Assembly (NCBI GenBank): GCA_035084275.1
Contig: CM068759.1
Coordinates: forward strand, 1,736,001-1,800,000
Length of the DNA stretch: 64,000 nucleotides
Origin: Hydrolagus colliei
Lineage: Eukaryota
Direction of reading: 5' to 3'
Position 1 is the first letter of the stretch. Every line of letters starts with the position of its first letter. The translations under genes were made by a program, and so were the position numbers. Under the pieces are notes generated by a model. It did not search any database, was not told the origin of the DNA, and was given only the letters and a program-made list of their open reading frames with translations. Below, in pieces: positions 27,487 through 38,420 of this stretch.

Positions 27487-28404
27487 TCTCCACCAGTGGC
27501 TTAAATTGGACTCTCTTTTTATTTTGGGGGAGAAAAAAAATACGCAAACAACAGAATGCATAGTAACGTATAAAGATAATCCAGACACACCAAGGCAAGG
27601 CAGATAGGTACACAGCAAAGTCTCAGGGTTAGAGTTAAACACACACACAGAGACACACAACCACAACTCACAGTGTTAATTAAACACAATTGTTGGCGCT
27701 GGGGAGGATTCAGTTATTTGGCAGCTGTTGTTTTGTTAAAGTCATATTACTCTGTGTTCAGTCTCAGTCGATTGGCTGTAAGGTTTGTCAATTTGCAGTA
27801 GTCACTGTGTTCAGTATACTGTCACATATTCACAAACTGATTTAAATGATTTCTTCCCCATTCCTCCTCTCCCCAATCACCAGACGTCAATGCGACACCC
27901 ACAATATAAAATAATTAACTTAAAAAAACGTTGAAATGGTTTTCCTTATCATTTTCAATCCCAAATCGCCACTTCCCTGTGTTTCAGTCGTGTATGTACA
28001 GTATATGGCATGATGTATATTTACTAAACAAAAAATCATAATCACTTAATTTTTTTAAAAATCGTAATGTCCGCATTGTTTTTTTTACTTTTACAAAATA
28101 TATCAATTTGTATAAAAGTAAATGGCGATGCTATGGTTCTATACTACTGCACTATCATCTTACAAATTTATCTGATATACAGTATTATTATAACATGACA
28201 AGTGAAGTTTATGCTGCCTTTTGAAATTAAAAAAATGATTGCAGCAATCGTAAATAAAGCAGTCTGGTTAGCTAAAATTAGATATGCTTTGACACCCTTG
28301 AAACCACATAGTTTTACACTGACACTCACACCCATTCCCCCCACCACCTCCCCACCTTCCATCAAACAAACACCTTGTCTCAAATCTAACAGCAGCCAAC
28401 TTAC

Positions 28405-28690
28405 TGTGAGTTTTGCTTCAGTTATCTCTGTTTTTTTCCCCTCTGTTTGTAGGAGCTCTGAAATTGTCAGGGATATATAAAGGGGATGTAGCGTTGCAAT
28501 CGCAATCTTTTAGATATATATACATAGAGAGAGAGAGAGAGAGAGAAAAAAAAACAGTCCAGAGAGAGAGAGAGAGATATAAGAGAAAAAAAACCTTTCA
28601 ACTTGTCACTGGTGAGTTTTAGGTGCATGAGAGTGAAACTGAGATGTTTCACAGGTCATAGGAATCAAGTCAACAATTCTCTCAATACCT
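28405..28690 (-). other. Candidate non-coding exon 1 of CRH2
   Basis: Donor CA|GTAAGT on the minus strand at 28404-28399, downstream of TATA-like and CRE elements; CRH genes have a non-coding exon 1. Start position is uncertain. Confidence 0.4.
28525..28577. repeat. (GA)n microsatellite
   Basis: Two GA runs. Confidence 0.9.
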
Positions 28691-28846
28691 TTAAATACCT
28701 TCTTTTTAATATATATATATAAACCTCCCCCCCACCCCTCCCCCCTCCAAAAAAAAAACCATATGAAGAATTAAGATGACATTGACGACATTCAAAAGGA
28801 CGTATTTGGTGGTTTTACTGACGTAAGAATTTTTTTTTTAACCAAT
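28690..28846 (-). promoter_or_regulatory. Putative CRH2 proximal promoter (TATA-like, CRE, CCAAT)
   Basis: TGACGTAA/TTACGTCA at 28819-28826, TGACG half site at 28783, CCAAT at 28842-28846, (TA)n/TATTTAAA at 28690-28722. Confidence 0.5.
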
Positions 28847-28940
28847 GATGGATTTGCTGGCTTTTATTTGGCGTTGTTGAGTTGAAGCTGTAATTAGGAG
28901 CTAGAAATAATAAGATACTGTACTTGTCTGTGTTCAGAGC

Positions 28941-28961
28941 TGTGCTGTCCAGGGTGCTGAA
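28941..28961 (-). promoter_or_regulatory. RE1/NRSE (REST binding site)
   Basis: Minus strand TTCAGCACCCTGGACAGCACA versus consensus TTCAGCACCACGGACAGCGCC; both half sites perfect, 2-nt spacer. Confidence 0.85.
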
Positions 28962-29114
28962 TAGCAGCCACCTCCAACACCCAATTTGAATTCAGATTGA
29001 ACCAATTCAAATGTTCATTACTGTACCATCAATAAAAACAATCATAGTACTGTAATACTAATCCTTGCATTTGATATAGAGCTTTTCACTTCTTCTGGAT
29101 GTCTCAAAGCGTTC

Positions 29115-29454
29115 GGTGGCTTAGTGGTTAGAGCACTTGTCTTGCAAGCTGGGAGACCCGTGTTCGAAATCCAGGCAGGTCAAGGCGAAACCTTGGGCAA
29201 GTTTCCTTACTCCACACACGCACACACGCTTCTAATAATAATCTGTTCCCCCAAAAAAAACCACGATAATAAAATTGGACATTTCAATCCACGACTGTTT
29301 GTGTGGAGGAACGCTGCTGTGCGCAATTGGCTGCCGCGATTCGCTCACAAATATATACAGTCAATTCACTTTACAGTATATTCTGTGAAGCGCTTTGGGA
29401 CATCGATAAGATGTGAAAAGCGCTATATCAAATGCAAGGATTATTATTATTATT
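29115..29454 (+). mobile_element. Near full-length tRNA-derived SINE
   Basis: TGGCTTAGTGG...GTTCGAAATCC...(ATT)n; preceded by an antisense tail fragment at 29053-29114. Confidence 0.9.
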
Positions 29455-29464
29455 AAGGTCAAAT

Positions 29465-29773
29465 TATAATCCTTACATTTGATATGGTGCTTTTCACGTC
29501 TTCCAGATGTCTTAAAGTGCTTTACAGAGTACATATCTGTGAAATGAGTTGACTGTATATTTGTGGGTAAAATGCAGCAACCAATTGCGCACAGCAGCGT
29601 CTCTACAAACAATCGTGGATTGAAATGACCAATTTACTACAGTTTTTATTTTAGGGATTATTATTAGGCGTGCGAAGTAAGGAAACTTGCTGAAGGTTTT
29701 GTCCTGCCTGGAATCGAACCCCGGTCTCTTGCTTGAATGGAAAGTGCTCTAACCACTGAGCTACAGGTCTCCA
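29465..29773 (-). mobile_element. Full-length tRNA-derived SINE, tail-to-tail with the previous copy
   Basis: ATCCTTACATTTGATATGG...CCAATTGCGCACAGCAGCG...GGAATCGAAC...CCACTGAGCTACAGG. Confidence 0.88.
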
Positions 29774-30527
29774 CAAAATGCCAGGACTACACACCATACA
29801 CTTCCATACACAAACCTCCCTAAACAACAAGGAGCTGACCAGGCGGTATTCTCATTATCCGCCTTTGTGGCTTGGCCCACAAAATGTACAGTCAATTCAC
29901 TTCACAGTGTATTTGGTGAAGCGCTTTGAGACATCTCCAAGATACAATCAAGCAAAATGCAAGGATTATTATATCAAATGCAAAGATTGTTGTTATTATT
30001 ATAGTATATTCTGCGAAGTGCTTTGAGATGTCTCGAAGACGCGATAGGCGCTATATCAAATGTAAGGTTATTATATAGTATTTTATAATATATATATATG
30101 TGTGTGTGTGTATGGAGGGAGCCTGCTGAGCTATAACAGTGGAGATGCTCAGGGTTTTGAAAGCTTTGGGTGTCAGCCAAGCCAGGTTTCTGGTTCAATA
30201 TCATGTGAGCTTTGTGGGTGACAGTGAGCAGACACTCTGGTGCTTGAAAAGAGATGTAACATTACATTGTGTTTTTTTTTCTAAGTCTTTTAATTATTTC
30301 CCCCCAACCTCACCCCACTCTTAAGTGATACCAGCAAACAGCAGCCAATTGCTGACTCAACCCAATTGAGTTGAAGGGAAATGTGTGTGTGTGTCTCTCT
30401 CTCTCTCAGCCTCTTTGTAGATTACAAGATGTTGCCAATTAACTTGCTGCCTTTTAAAGCCATCTAAACAAGGTGTGTGAAGCCATGTACCTTCTCAGCA
30501 TCTCTCTCACACACAGGGAACTCGAGC

Positions 30528-30528
30528 C

Positions 30529-30570
<42 letters not shown>
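30528..30570. repeat. (TG)n(AG)n compound microsatellite
   Basis: Visible directly. Confidence 0.9.
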
Positions 30571-32344
30571 AAATATTGGGATGAAATTCACTGTGAGTCC
30601 AAAACCTTCAACAGGTAACAATGAAAATATATTTTTTAAAATAAACTTTGAATGAAGAGGGAGGGAGGAAGGGAGAAAGGGGAGGAGAAAGATATTCATT
30701 TAGAACCAGTTAAACTGGGGTGGGGGGGAACTAAATTTCTGAGTATTATTACCTTTCTGTAGCTACAGTAGACTCAGTATAACTGGGAACAATGAGACAT
30801 GCAATCCAACATTAATGTTGTATTACAAACAACACTATTTAAACTGTCTGCTATGGATTTCTGATAATTGCAATGGTTAAGTTTGTGTGTTTGATTTGGC
30901 GTTTGATTGTTCAAGAAAATAATTCTAAGCACTATCCTTGCCTACTTGCCTCTCTCTCTCTCTTGCTACACTCCCTCCACCACCCACACACACACCCACA
31001 AACAGGTGTGAGCTAATCTAACCCCTTCTTCTCATTATCACACATTCCATGTGATAATTCATTGCAATCCTACCCCAATCCTGGCTAACATCCGACCATG
31101 TCTTTAAACCCTTAATTATTTGTTTGAAAGAATAATTTCAAGAATTTTTGTTTCTCTTCGAAGGAGTGTGAAAATAAATCGTTTAGTCGCAGACAATAGC
31201 CAAACCTCATTTAACATGGCATTTCGCGTTACTGAACAGCCAAATTGTTTGCAGATTAGTTCAACCGGCTGCCAATCCTGTTGTAAATATTTGGAAGCAT
31301 TTTTAATTGTTCCAGAAAGGTTAGTCTGGCTGGAATGGCTGTATTAGATAAGCTACTCTTGTCACATTCGTAATGCAAGAGTAAATTGGGTGTCAAATTT
31401 AACTCCGCCAATACAAGATAAGGCTAACTAAATTTTTTTTTACTGCTTGTCCAATAAGCAGGCACTGTATGTGGCATTGTGTGAGACTAAATGAAACCGA
31501 AGGGAGTGAGGAGGCTATGTGTTTGAAGTCACGGTTGTGTTCACTAATGCAGGAGAAATATATCTTGCTTGTATTTTAGTTATTTCAACCAGCTGAAAAA
31601 GGCTTTGGATGTCACTTGTGTTTAGCCGATTCCTCTCTGCTGTCTTAACTAATGCTTCAATGATCCCCCACCACCCTCGTTTTGTTTTGCTGTTATTATA
31701 CAGTCAATTCACTTTACTGTGAATATTCTGTGAAGCGTTCTGAGACGGCGTGGTGGGCGCTATATAAATCCAAGTTGTTGTTGTTGAGACATCTGGAAGA
31801 CGTGAAAAGCGCTATATCAAATGCAAGGATTATTATTGTTATTTCAATCCAACTATGAATCCATTTATCAAAATTTTCAACTCCTGTGCATTTCATTTAA
31901 CGTAGCTTAAGGTGGAATTGCATAGTATGTCAAAAACATTTGTAATTTTTAATGGGAAAAAAAATAGTTTAGCTCTGGGTATAACAAATACAATAAAAAA
32001 ATCAATCAAAATAGACACAAATACAGACATTCACTATTGGGTGCCATCGCAGAACAGTTTTTTTTTAATGGATAACGGAAACAAAACAGATTAAATATAT
32101 ATTCCATTCATGGGTTGCGTGAACAATTAACATCGAAGCCATGATTGGATAACAAACACAAGCTTTCGGAAACATTGATGTTCCTCAAGCGATCATGTGA
32201 GTTGCCTTTAACCTCTTTCCTGAAGTCAATGGTCAACCATCTTTAAAAAATATTCTCTAAAGAGTAAAGACGAAGAATAGTAAGAAGTGGGGGCTTCACC
32301 GGATGTTAATTGTTCAAATGTAAAGAGTATTGAAAGATCCCACA

Positions 32345-32550
32345 GTCCCCTCCCTTGCTTTCTTCAAGGCAAGTCTCACGATCCTCCTTTTCGACTGCGC
32401 CTGGAGTCACACTCCTACCCTTACCCTCCCTGCTCTCCGCACATCCCGATCCTAACCACCCCCACCAGCTCGGGTCCAAATCTTTGACTGCCCATCACCT
32501 TGGCACGTCCTCCCGACAATGAAAGGTGTTCTATAAATGTTATTTGTTGG
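32345..32550 (+). mobile_element. L2-type LINE 3' fragment
   Basis: TTCAAGGCAAGTCTCACGATCCTCCTTTTCGACTGCGCC...CCTTGGCACGTCCTCCCGACAATGAAAGG. Confidence 0.7.
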
Positions 32551-32777
32551 TCGAAAGAAAGATCGCAAAGGAGTTCTGCTATTTCCTAAGCCAACGAGAA
32601 GTGTTTCATGGGCTGACGAACCTGAGATTGACCTTTATCTTCACCATTCTCAGGTTAGACAGTCCTTGAAGCATGTCTCAATCCTGCCATTCAAGGCTCT
32701 TGTCCTTCACCGTTCCTTTGGTTCCGTATCATTCATCGCACTGGAGTCAGTTCATTTCTTTACACGTGTCTAATAAT

Positions 32778-33192
32778 ACAACAACAAAATTACATTTATA
32801 GAGCGGCTTTCACGTCGGGAGGACGTCCCAAGTCAGGCACTGAACAGTCAGGATGGGGACCCAACACAAGGCAGAGGGGAAAGGTAGGAGGGAGGGGCGG
32901 GAGAGAGTTAGGAGGGAAGGGAGAGAGTTGGGAGGGCAGCAGAAGGCACGGTCGAGGAGGAGGGTCTTGAGATCGGCCTTGAAGGAAGTGAGGGAGGGAG
33001 CGAGGCGAAGGGACTGTGGGATGCAGTTCCAGAGTGAGGGGGGCAGAGAGGCTGAAAGCCCGTCCGCCGATGGTAGGGTGGGTCGGGCGGGGGTCATGGA
33101 GCAGGCCGGAGCCCGCTGAACGGAGTGGGGCAGGGAGGTTCATAGGGGGACAGCAGGTCAGAGAGGTAGGGGGGCCGGGGCCAAGGCCGTGA
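32778..33192 (-). mobile_element. L2-type LINE 3' end
   Basis: Minus translation GGRAFSLSAP / LWNCIPQSLRLAPSLTSFKADLKTLLLDRAF; tail GGGACGTCCTCCCGACGTGAAAG...(GTT)n. Confidence 0.85.
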
Positions 33193-33487
33193 ATGGGGGA
33201 GAAATATACCTATAAATTAGTTGGTTCCTCTGCCTTTCTTCCGGGAGTTAATGTCTCTCAGGCACCGCAAACTTCGCCAGAGTAGCCGCTGTTTATGTCA
33301 GAACCTGGAGAGGATGTGATGCCAGTGCATTGGACCACTGGGGGCATTGCAGCCAAGACTCAACTGAACAACTCGGGTATTGACGGCTTCACTGGTAAGA
33401 AGGAGAAGCCAGAATCTGGGCTAACTTGAGCGCTGAAGGCAAGTGCATCAATTGTAGGACTGCCCTATTGATGTGGGTTATATTAAT

Positions 33488-33864
33488 ATTCCTTGCATTG
33501 GATACGTTGCCTTATCACGTCTTTGAGACATCTCAAAGCACTTCACAGGATATACTCACTGTACAGTGAAGTGACTGTGTATTTAGTGGGGGAAGTGCGG
33601 CAGCCAATTGCGCACAGCAGCGTCCCACAAACAGTCGTGGATCGAGTGACCAAATTATTATTATTTTGTAGGGGGGGGATCAATTATTACCGCTTGGAAA
33701 ATGCCAAATCTGCCAATCGACTAACCACTGGGTTCTTACTCACTGTCGGGTAAACAGAGGCAGGTGGAGTAAGGAAACTTGCCTAAGGTTTTGCCCTGCG
33801 CGGGAATCGAAGCCGGATCCTCTCGTTTGCGAGGTGAGCGCTCTCTGAACTACTGTGCTACAGG
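33488..33864 (-). mobile_element. tRNA-derived SINE (older variant with extra internal sequence)
   Basis: CAGCCAATTGCGCACAGCAGCGTCCCACAAACAG core; GTAAGGAAACTTGCC; GGAATCGAA B-box complement. Confidence 0.8.
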
Positions 33865-36305
33865 TTAAACCAAGCTGGGTGGGGGGGGGGGGGTGGGAAT
33901 CAGATCTGAGATCTTCCTGGTATTCGAAACTGTGAGTTTCCTAATCTGCACAGCTCAACTACTCACCAGATCATTTCACGGAACAATCAATGCGGTCAGT
34001 CATGTGGCATTTTAGATTTTAAATCAGGGATTCATTTGCTTGTGGTGAATCGCTGTGTTGAATGTGTTTGCTGGTTAAAAGCAGTTTCTTTATCTCGGTT
34101 TCAACATTTTTTTTCCATGAATAAAAAGCTAAATCACACGTACACTTAAACCCCGACATAAGCAGGATATTTGGGGATGGGTGGGGGGGGGAGGGGGAGG
34201 GGGGGGGGATATCCAGTTGATGAGCCAGAATTTCCATCAATGTGTAATTATAATGCCTGTACCAGCATTTTACTGGCGTTTTTCAACAGTAATTATTTGA
34301 ATCCCTTGAGCTATCTGAGTCCCAGTTGATATCCCTGGCTGCTGTGAAGGTACATAAGTATTCCAGGTGTGGCCGCTCAGGGTGGTATTGGGGGTGAGTT
34401 GGGCGAGCGGGAATCTGCATGTGTGCGGAAGTATTATTTTTCTTAACAGAAAATGTAAGTGTCCGTCTTGGCCTGAGCTAGGTTCAAATTCTGGAAACTC
34501 AGAGGCCAGTAAGTTGAGGGTTTAATGTGGTTCATGTTATGGATGGTGAACAGGTGAAAACTTGCCAATTTAATCAAGAGTTCTGGCTTTTCCATGCACA
34601 GGGAAGCATCAAATTGGGAGTTGGAATTGAGTACCAGTTGTTCTAAATGGCGAGCAATCAGGCTAATACAAGACTAATAATATTTGGTGCAAACCCATCA
34701 AATTAGAACTAATCGCAACACAATTCTTCTATCATGTCATTAAAAAGCATTTCAGCCCAATTTAAAAGCTCAATTTGGCAGACATCACATGGAAAAAAAT
34801 GAAAACATGCGGATTAAAAAAAAACATAATTCAGGATTCAAATGGTTAATGTGAGCTCCGTGGTACTTGTTTTTCAGGAGAGATGTAAATCCGCATTCTA
34901 AAACATCCGAAACATGTCAATTGTAACGTCAGTGTGTCCGCATGGATTTGACCACTAATGCTAACCTTAACCCAAGACATCCACATTTACCACATCCTAA
35001 AACATTCAAACATTTGATGGTTAACATTATTCTGCTCTTTATGGTTACTGAGACTTTCTTTGAAGAATAAGAATAATGATTGCTTAGGTTTTCACTTAGG
35101 TTATTCACGAGTTGGTGTGTATTGCTCGTTTAATGTTGCCCAAATGATAAATGTACTGGCTTAGTCATGAGAATAAACCATACCTAGATGCAAGGCCTAA
35201 GAATCATCTATGGTCATATCCTTGTAACGTGTCACTTTACAAATCATCCAGGCTTGTTGCACTTGAAATTTACAATTCCACGTTAATTCAGAGAGAGAAA
35301 AAAATGAATGGAATAACGTTATGTGATTGCGCGGGGGAGGACTTAATGATTATATTTTGCAAATACATTTTGTCAGAAATGTTCCTGAATTGAATGGCAA
35401 CATTCCTGGAAATTCTTCAGAAATAATATTGATAAATAATAATAATAATAATCCTTGCAATTGGTATATCAGATGCATATACGATAGACGTTGTACTGAA
35501 TTTGATTTTCGCGCCTTTCACATCGGTCGTACGTCTCTAAGTGCTTCGCGGGATTTACTGCAAAGTGTATTGACTCTGCACTTCTGGCAAACATGGCAGC
35601 TAATTTGCACTTGTTAATGTGTCACAAACGGCCATGAAGTGAAAGACCAATTTTTGGTGGATCTCAAAGACTTTCTTTGGTTATTTCTGTTACAGGGAAG
35701 AGTTAAGATTTTTTTTTTAAGACTTTAGTCTAGCAGATGGCGATCGATTTGCTTTTACATCGTTTTCTATTCCAAGACTAAATTTAATCAAACAAAGTTG
35801 TATTACTTTGATTGGTCTTCAATACTTGTCGAAAAACCATTGATCATTCTCAGAATTTTAAAACATTATTTGCTCGCGTTTGCGTTTTATTATAACTACA
35901 AATCAAAAGTTTAACTTTACTGCAGGAAATGCTGGGTTGAAATGTTGAAGTAAATTGCTTTACATGTCAGGTGTCTGTGTATATCATCAGATAGGTAGGA
36001 TGCATTTATTCTTATATATAAAAAGATGCATCATTTAGACTCGACTGGGAGATTAATTCCTTGGAGGAATGGTCACCGTTACTTACTCCTTTACATAATA
36101 TTCAGGAAAAATAAGATCGCAACTCTATTTTTGTACATTTTCTCCCATAATTTAGATTTTTTTGTTCTATTCGTTGAGCAATTGGATTTTATCCTTCATT
36201 TAAAAAAAAGTTTGCTTTTCTTAAAAAAAAGTTGCAAAACCTAGGACACAAACAGCCTTCCTTAGAAAAGGATAGTTTTTGTTTATGAATGCAGACAAAT
36301 TACAC

Positions 36306-36512
36306 AAATGCGTGAGCTAAAATGTTATAATTACTGTATTAACTAGTGAGCCACAAAAGACTAATATACTGACTAATATACACTAATTTCTTAAGTCGTA
36401 CTTAAATGTGTGAGCTAACATGTTATAAGTATTAACTATTGTATTAACTATTGAGCCATACAAGACTACTACTGTACACTGCAATACACTCTTTCCTTAT
36501 TTCGTGCTTAAA
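36306..36512. repeat. Two-copy ~100-bp tandem duplication
   Basis: AAATG(C/T)GTGAGCTAA(A/C)ATGTTATAA...TGTATTAACTA(G/T)TGAGCCA...AAGACTA...TCGT(A/G)CTTAAAT occurs twice. Confidence 0.85.
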
Positions 36513-38164
36513 TCTTAAAAAGCAATTAAATCAGTGACTAAATAAAAGGCATGTTTATCACGAATAGGACACCTTACCTGTTTACCTGTAACCAACCGTT
36601 CAATGCTGATATCTGCTCACTTGACATGGGAAAAAAAAAGTGGGAGAGGCTATTTCACTCCTTTATATATTCCATTACAACTGCTCAAACAGATTGAAAT
36701 TAAGTTCTACACGTACATGTGGCGCCCTTTGCATTGTATCTCCAAAAAGGCCCAGATGCTTTGAACTGGCTACTTTATAATGCCACACAGTACGTCACTT
36801 CCTGTTTATCAATTGTAGTTTGGCTTGTGGTGAATGTTCCATTACACCCAAGGACGTACTTGACTCATTTTTCACTGTGTGTTTTTTTTTCTTAATGCAT
36901 TAATTAATTAGAAGTTAAAATCCTTAAAATGCTGGAGCTAATAAAGGTTAGAATTACAGTGCGAATTAATCACTGAATGATTGAATGAATCAATCAATCA
37001 ATCAGAAGAAAACAAAAATGTTGCAAATGCAATACAACACATGTAGCCTATATTTTTGTTAATGTAAATTCTTCTGCAATAGAGGAGTCCAATTGTATCT
37101 GATATAGGATTCCCCTACAATGTTGCTTGGAGATACCCATAGTTAAATTTATTCTCCAGATTTATACAAATGCATTCTGTTTCATTATAAGTTGTAATAA
37201 ATTGGCACCGAATCAAAGGCAGTCCAGAGTCCGATCAATTGTGATATGAAGTCAGGTATCCCAGTATTAAAATTATAAGTGTTGGCAAGACTGAAATTAA
37301 ATGAATGCTGGAAGAGTAGCCTGGATTAAAGCAAGAATAATGCAATTATGGAAACTGATCACAGATATCGCAAGTTTCCAAGTTGTGACTTGAACCACAG
37401 TATCCTTCCTGTCTTTAGCTCTGAAAGAAATCTTTAACTCTCTTTTCAAGCGAAATAAGTTTTCTCTGTAGACGAACACAAGGTATGCGGGCATTTTGCA
37501 TTTAATGGCGTTTTTGCAAAGAAACCCCTTTTGAGTGTGAATTACAACAATATGGAGTGTCACTATATTCTCCCAGTATCCCAGAAGAAATCATTTCATT
37601 AGGTTTGCTGGACTTGCATTTTTAAGAGTCTTTCCAGAGTTTAGATAGTAACGTTTAACTAATGATTTGATGTAAAAATATTTTTTGCTATGCTGTATCT
37701 TTGCATGGTTAGTATAATAATAACAAAACTATTGGGGATACATCTACCAACCTGGCAAAGAAACAAGATATTAATCATAGAAGTGATAAGCGGGAACCAG
37801 TGAGTTATGGAAAATAAGTTTCCTGCTCTTTTCTGGCCACAAAACACAGTCCTTTTTTGGAGATCAGATTCTGGAGATCGGAATCAATGAAGCATTGAGG
37901 CCCACAGTACATCACCAAGCTAGTATTGACAACCAGGGAACTAACTAAGGTTTGTGGTCGAACGTTTAGTCTTTTTTTTAAAAAGTTTTTTGTAGGTTAT
38001 GTTTGCAGAGGGAGGGCTGAAGGATGTATGTAAAGAGTTCCTTCCATTCTCATGAAGTCCTGGGAGATAGCGAGGTTGACTTGGAGGAGTGCAATCTGCA
38101 CCCCGTGTTTGTTCAACAAACAGCCATGAAGTCGATAACTCATTTTACCTGGGGGTGGGGGGGG

Positions 38165-38420
38165 GTGAGCCAGGTCACCGGGTAAAACTCCCACGTCTTT
38201 TCAAATAGTGGTTCACTAATGTTCACTCGTACAGGCTGACAGGACCTCAGTCTGATGTCTCATCTGAACGATGGCAGCACCACCAACAATGTAGCCCACT
38301 TCCTGCTCTAAGGCTTCAACCTACACTACTATGAGTTCAGACACCAACGTGAGGCTCGAATACACAACCTTCTTACTCAGAGATGAGGGGATTGAGAACT
38401 CGAATGTGCCAGATTGATAC
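38165..38420 (-). mobile_element. Ancient DeuSINE-like element (SacSINE1/AmnSINE1 superfamily)
   Basis: GCCAGGTCACCGGGTAAAACTCCC...CAAATAGTG...GGACCTCAGTCTGATGTCTCATCTGAACGATGGCA...CACAACCTTCTTACTCAGAG resembles the antisense Deu domain plus tRNA head (from memory of the consensus). Confidence 0.6.

Noticed and set aside
27487-27666. 60 extra N-terminal codons on the CRH2 ORF
   Set aside because: Crosses a pyrimidine tract/acceptor and a TG repeat; the signal peptide begins at the ATG at 27486
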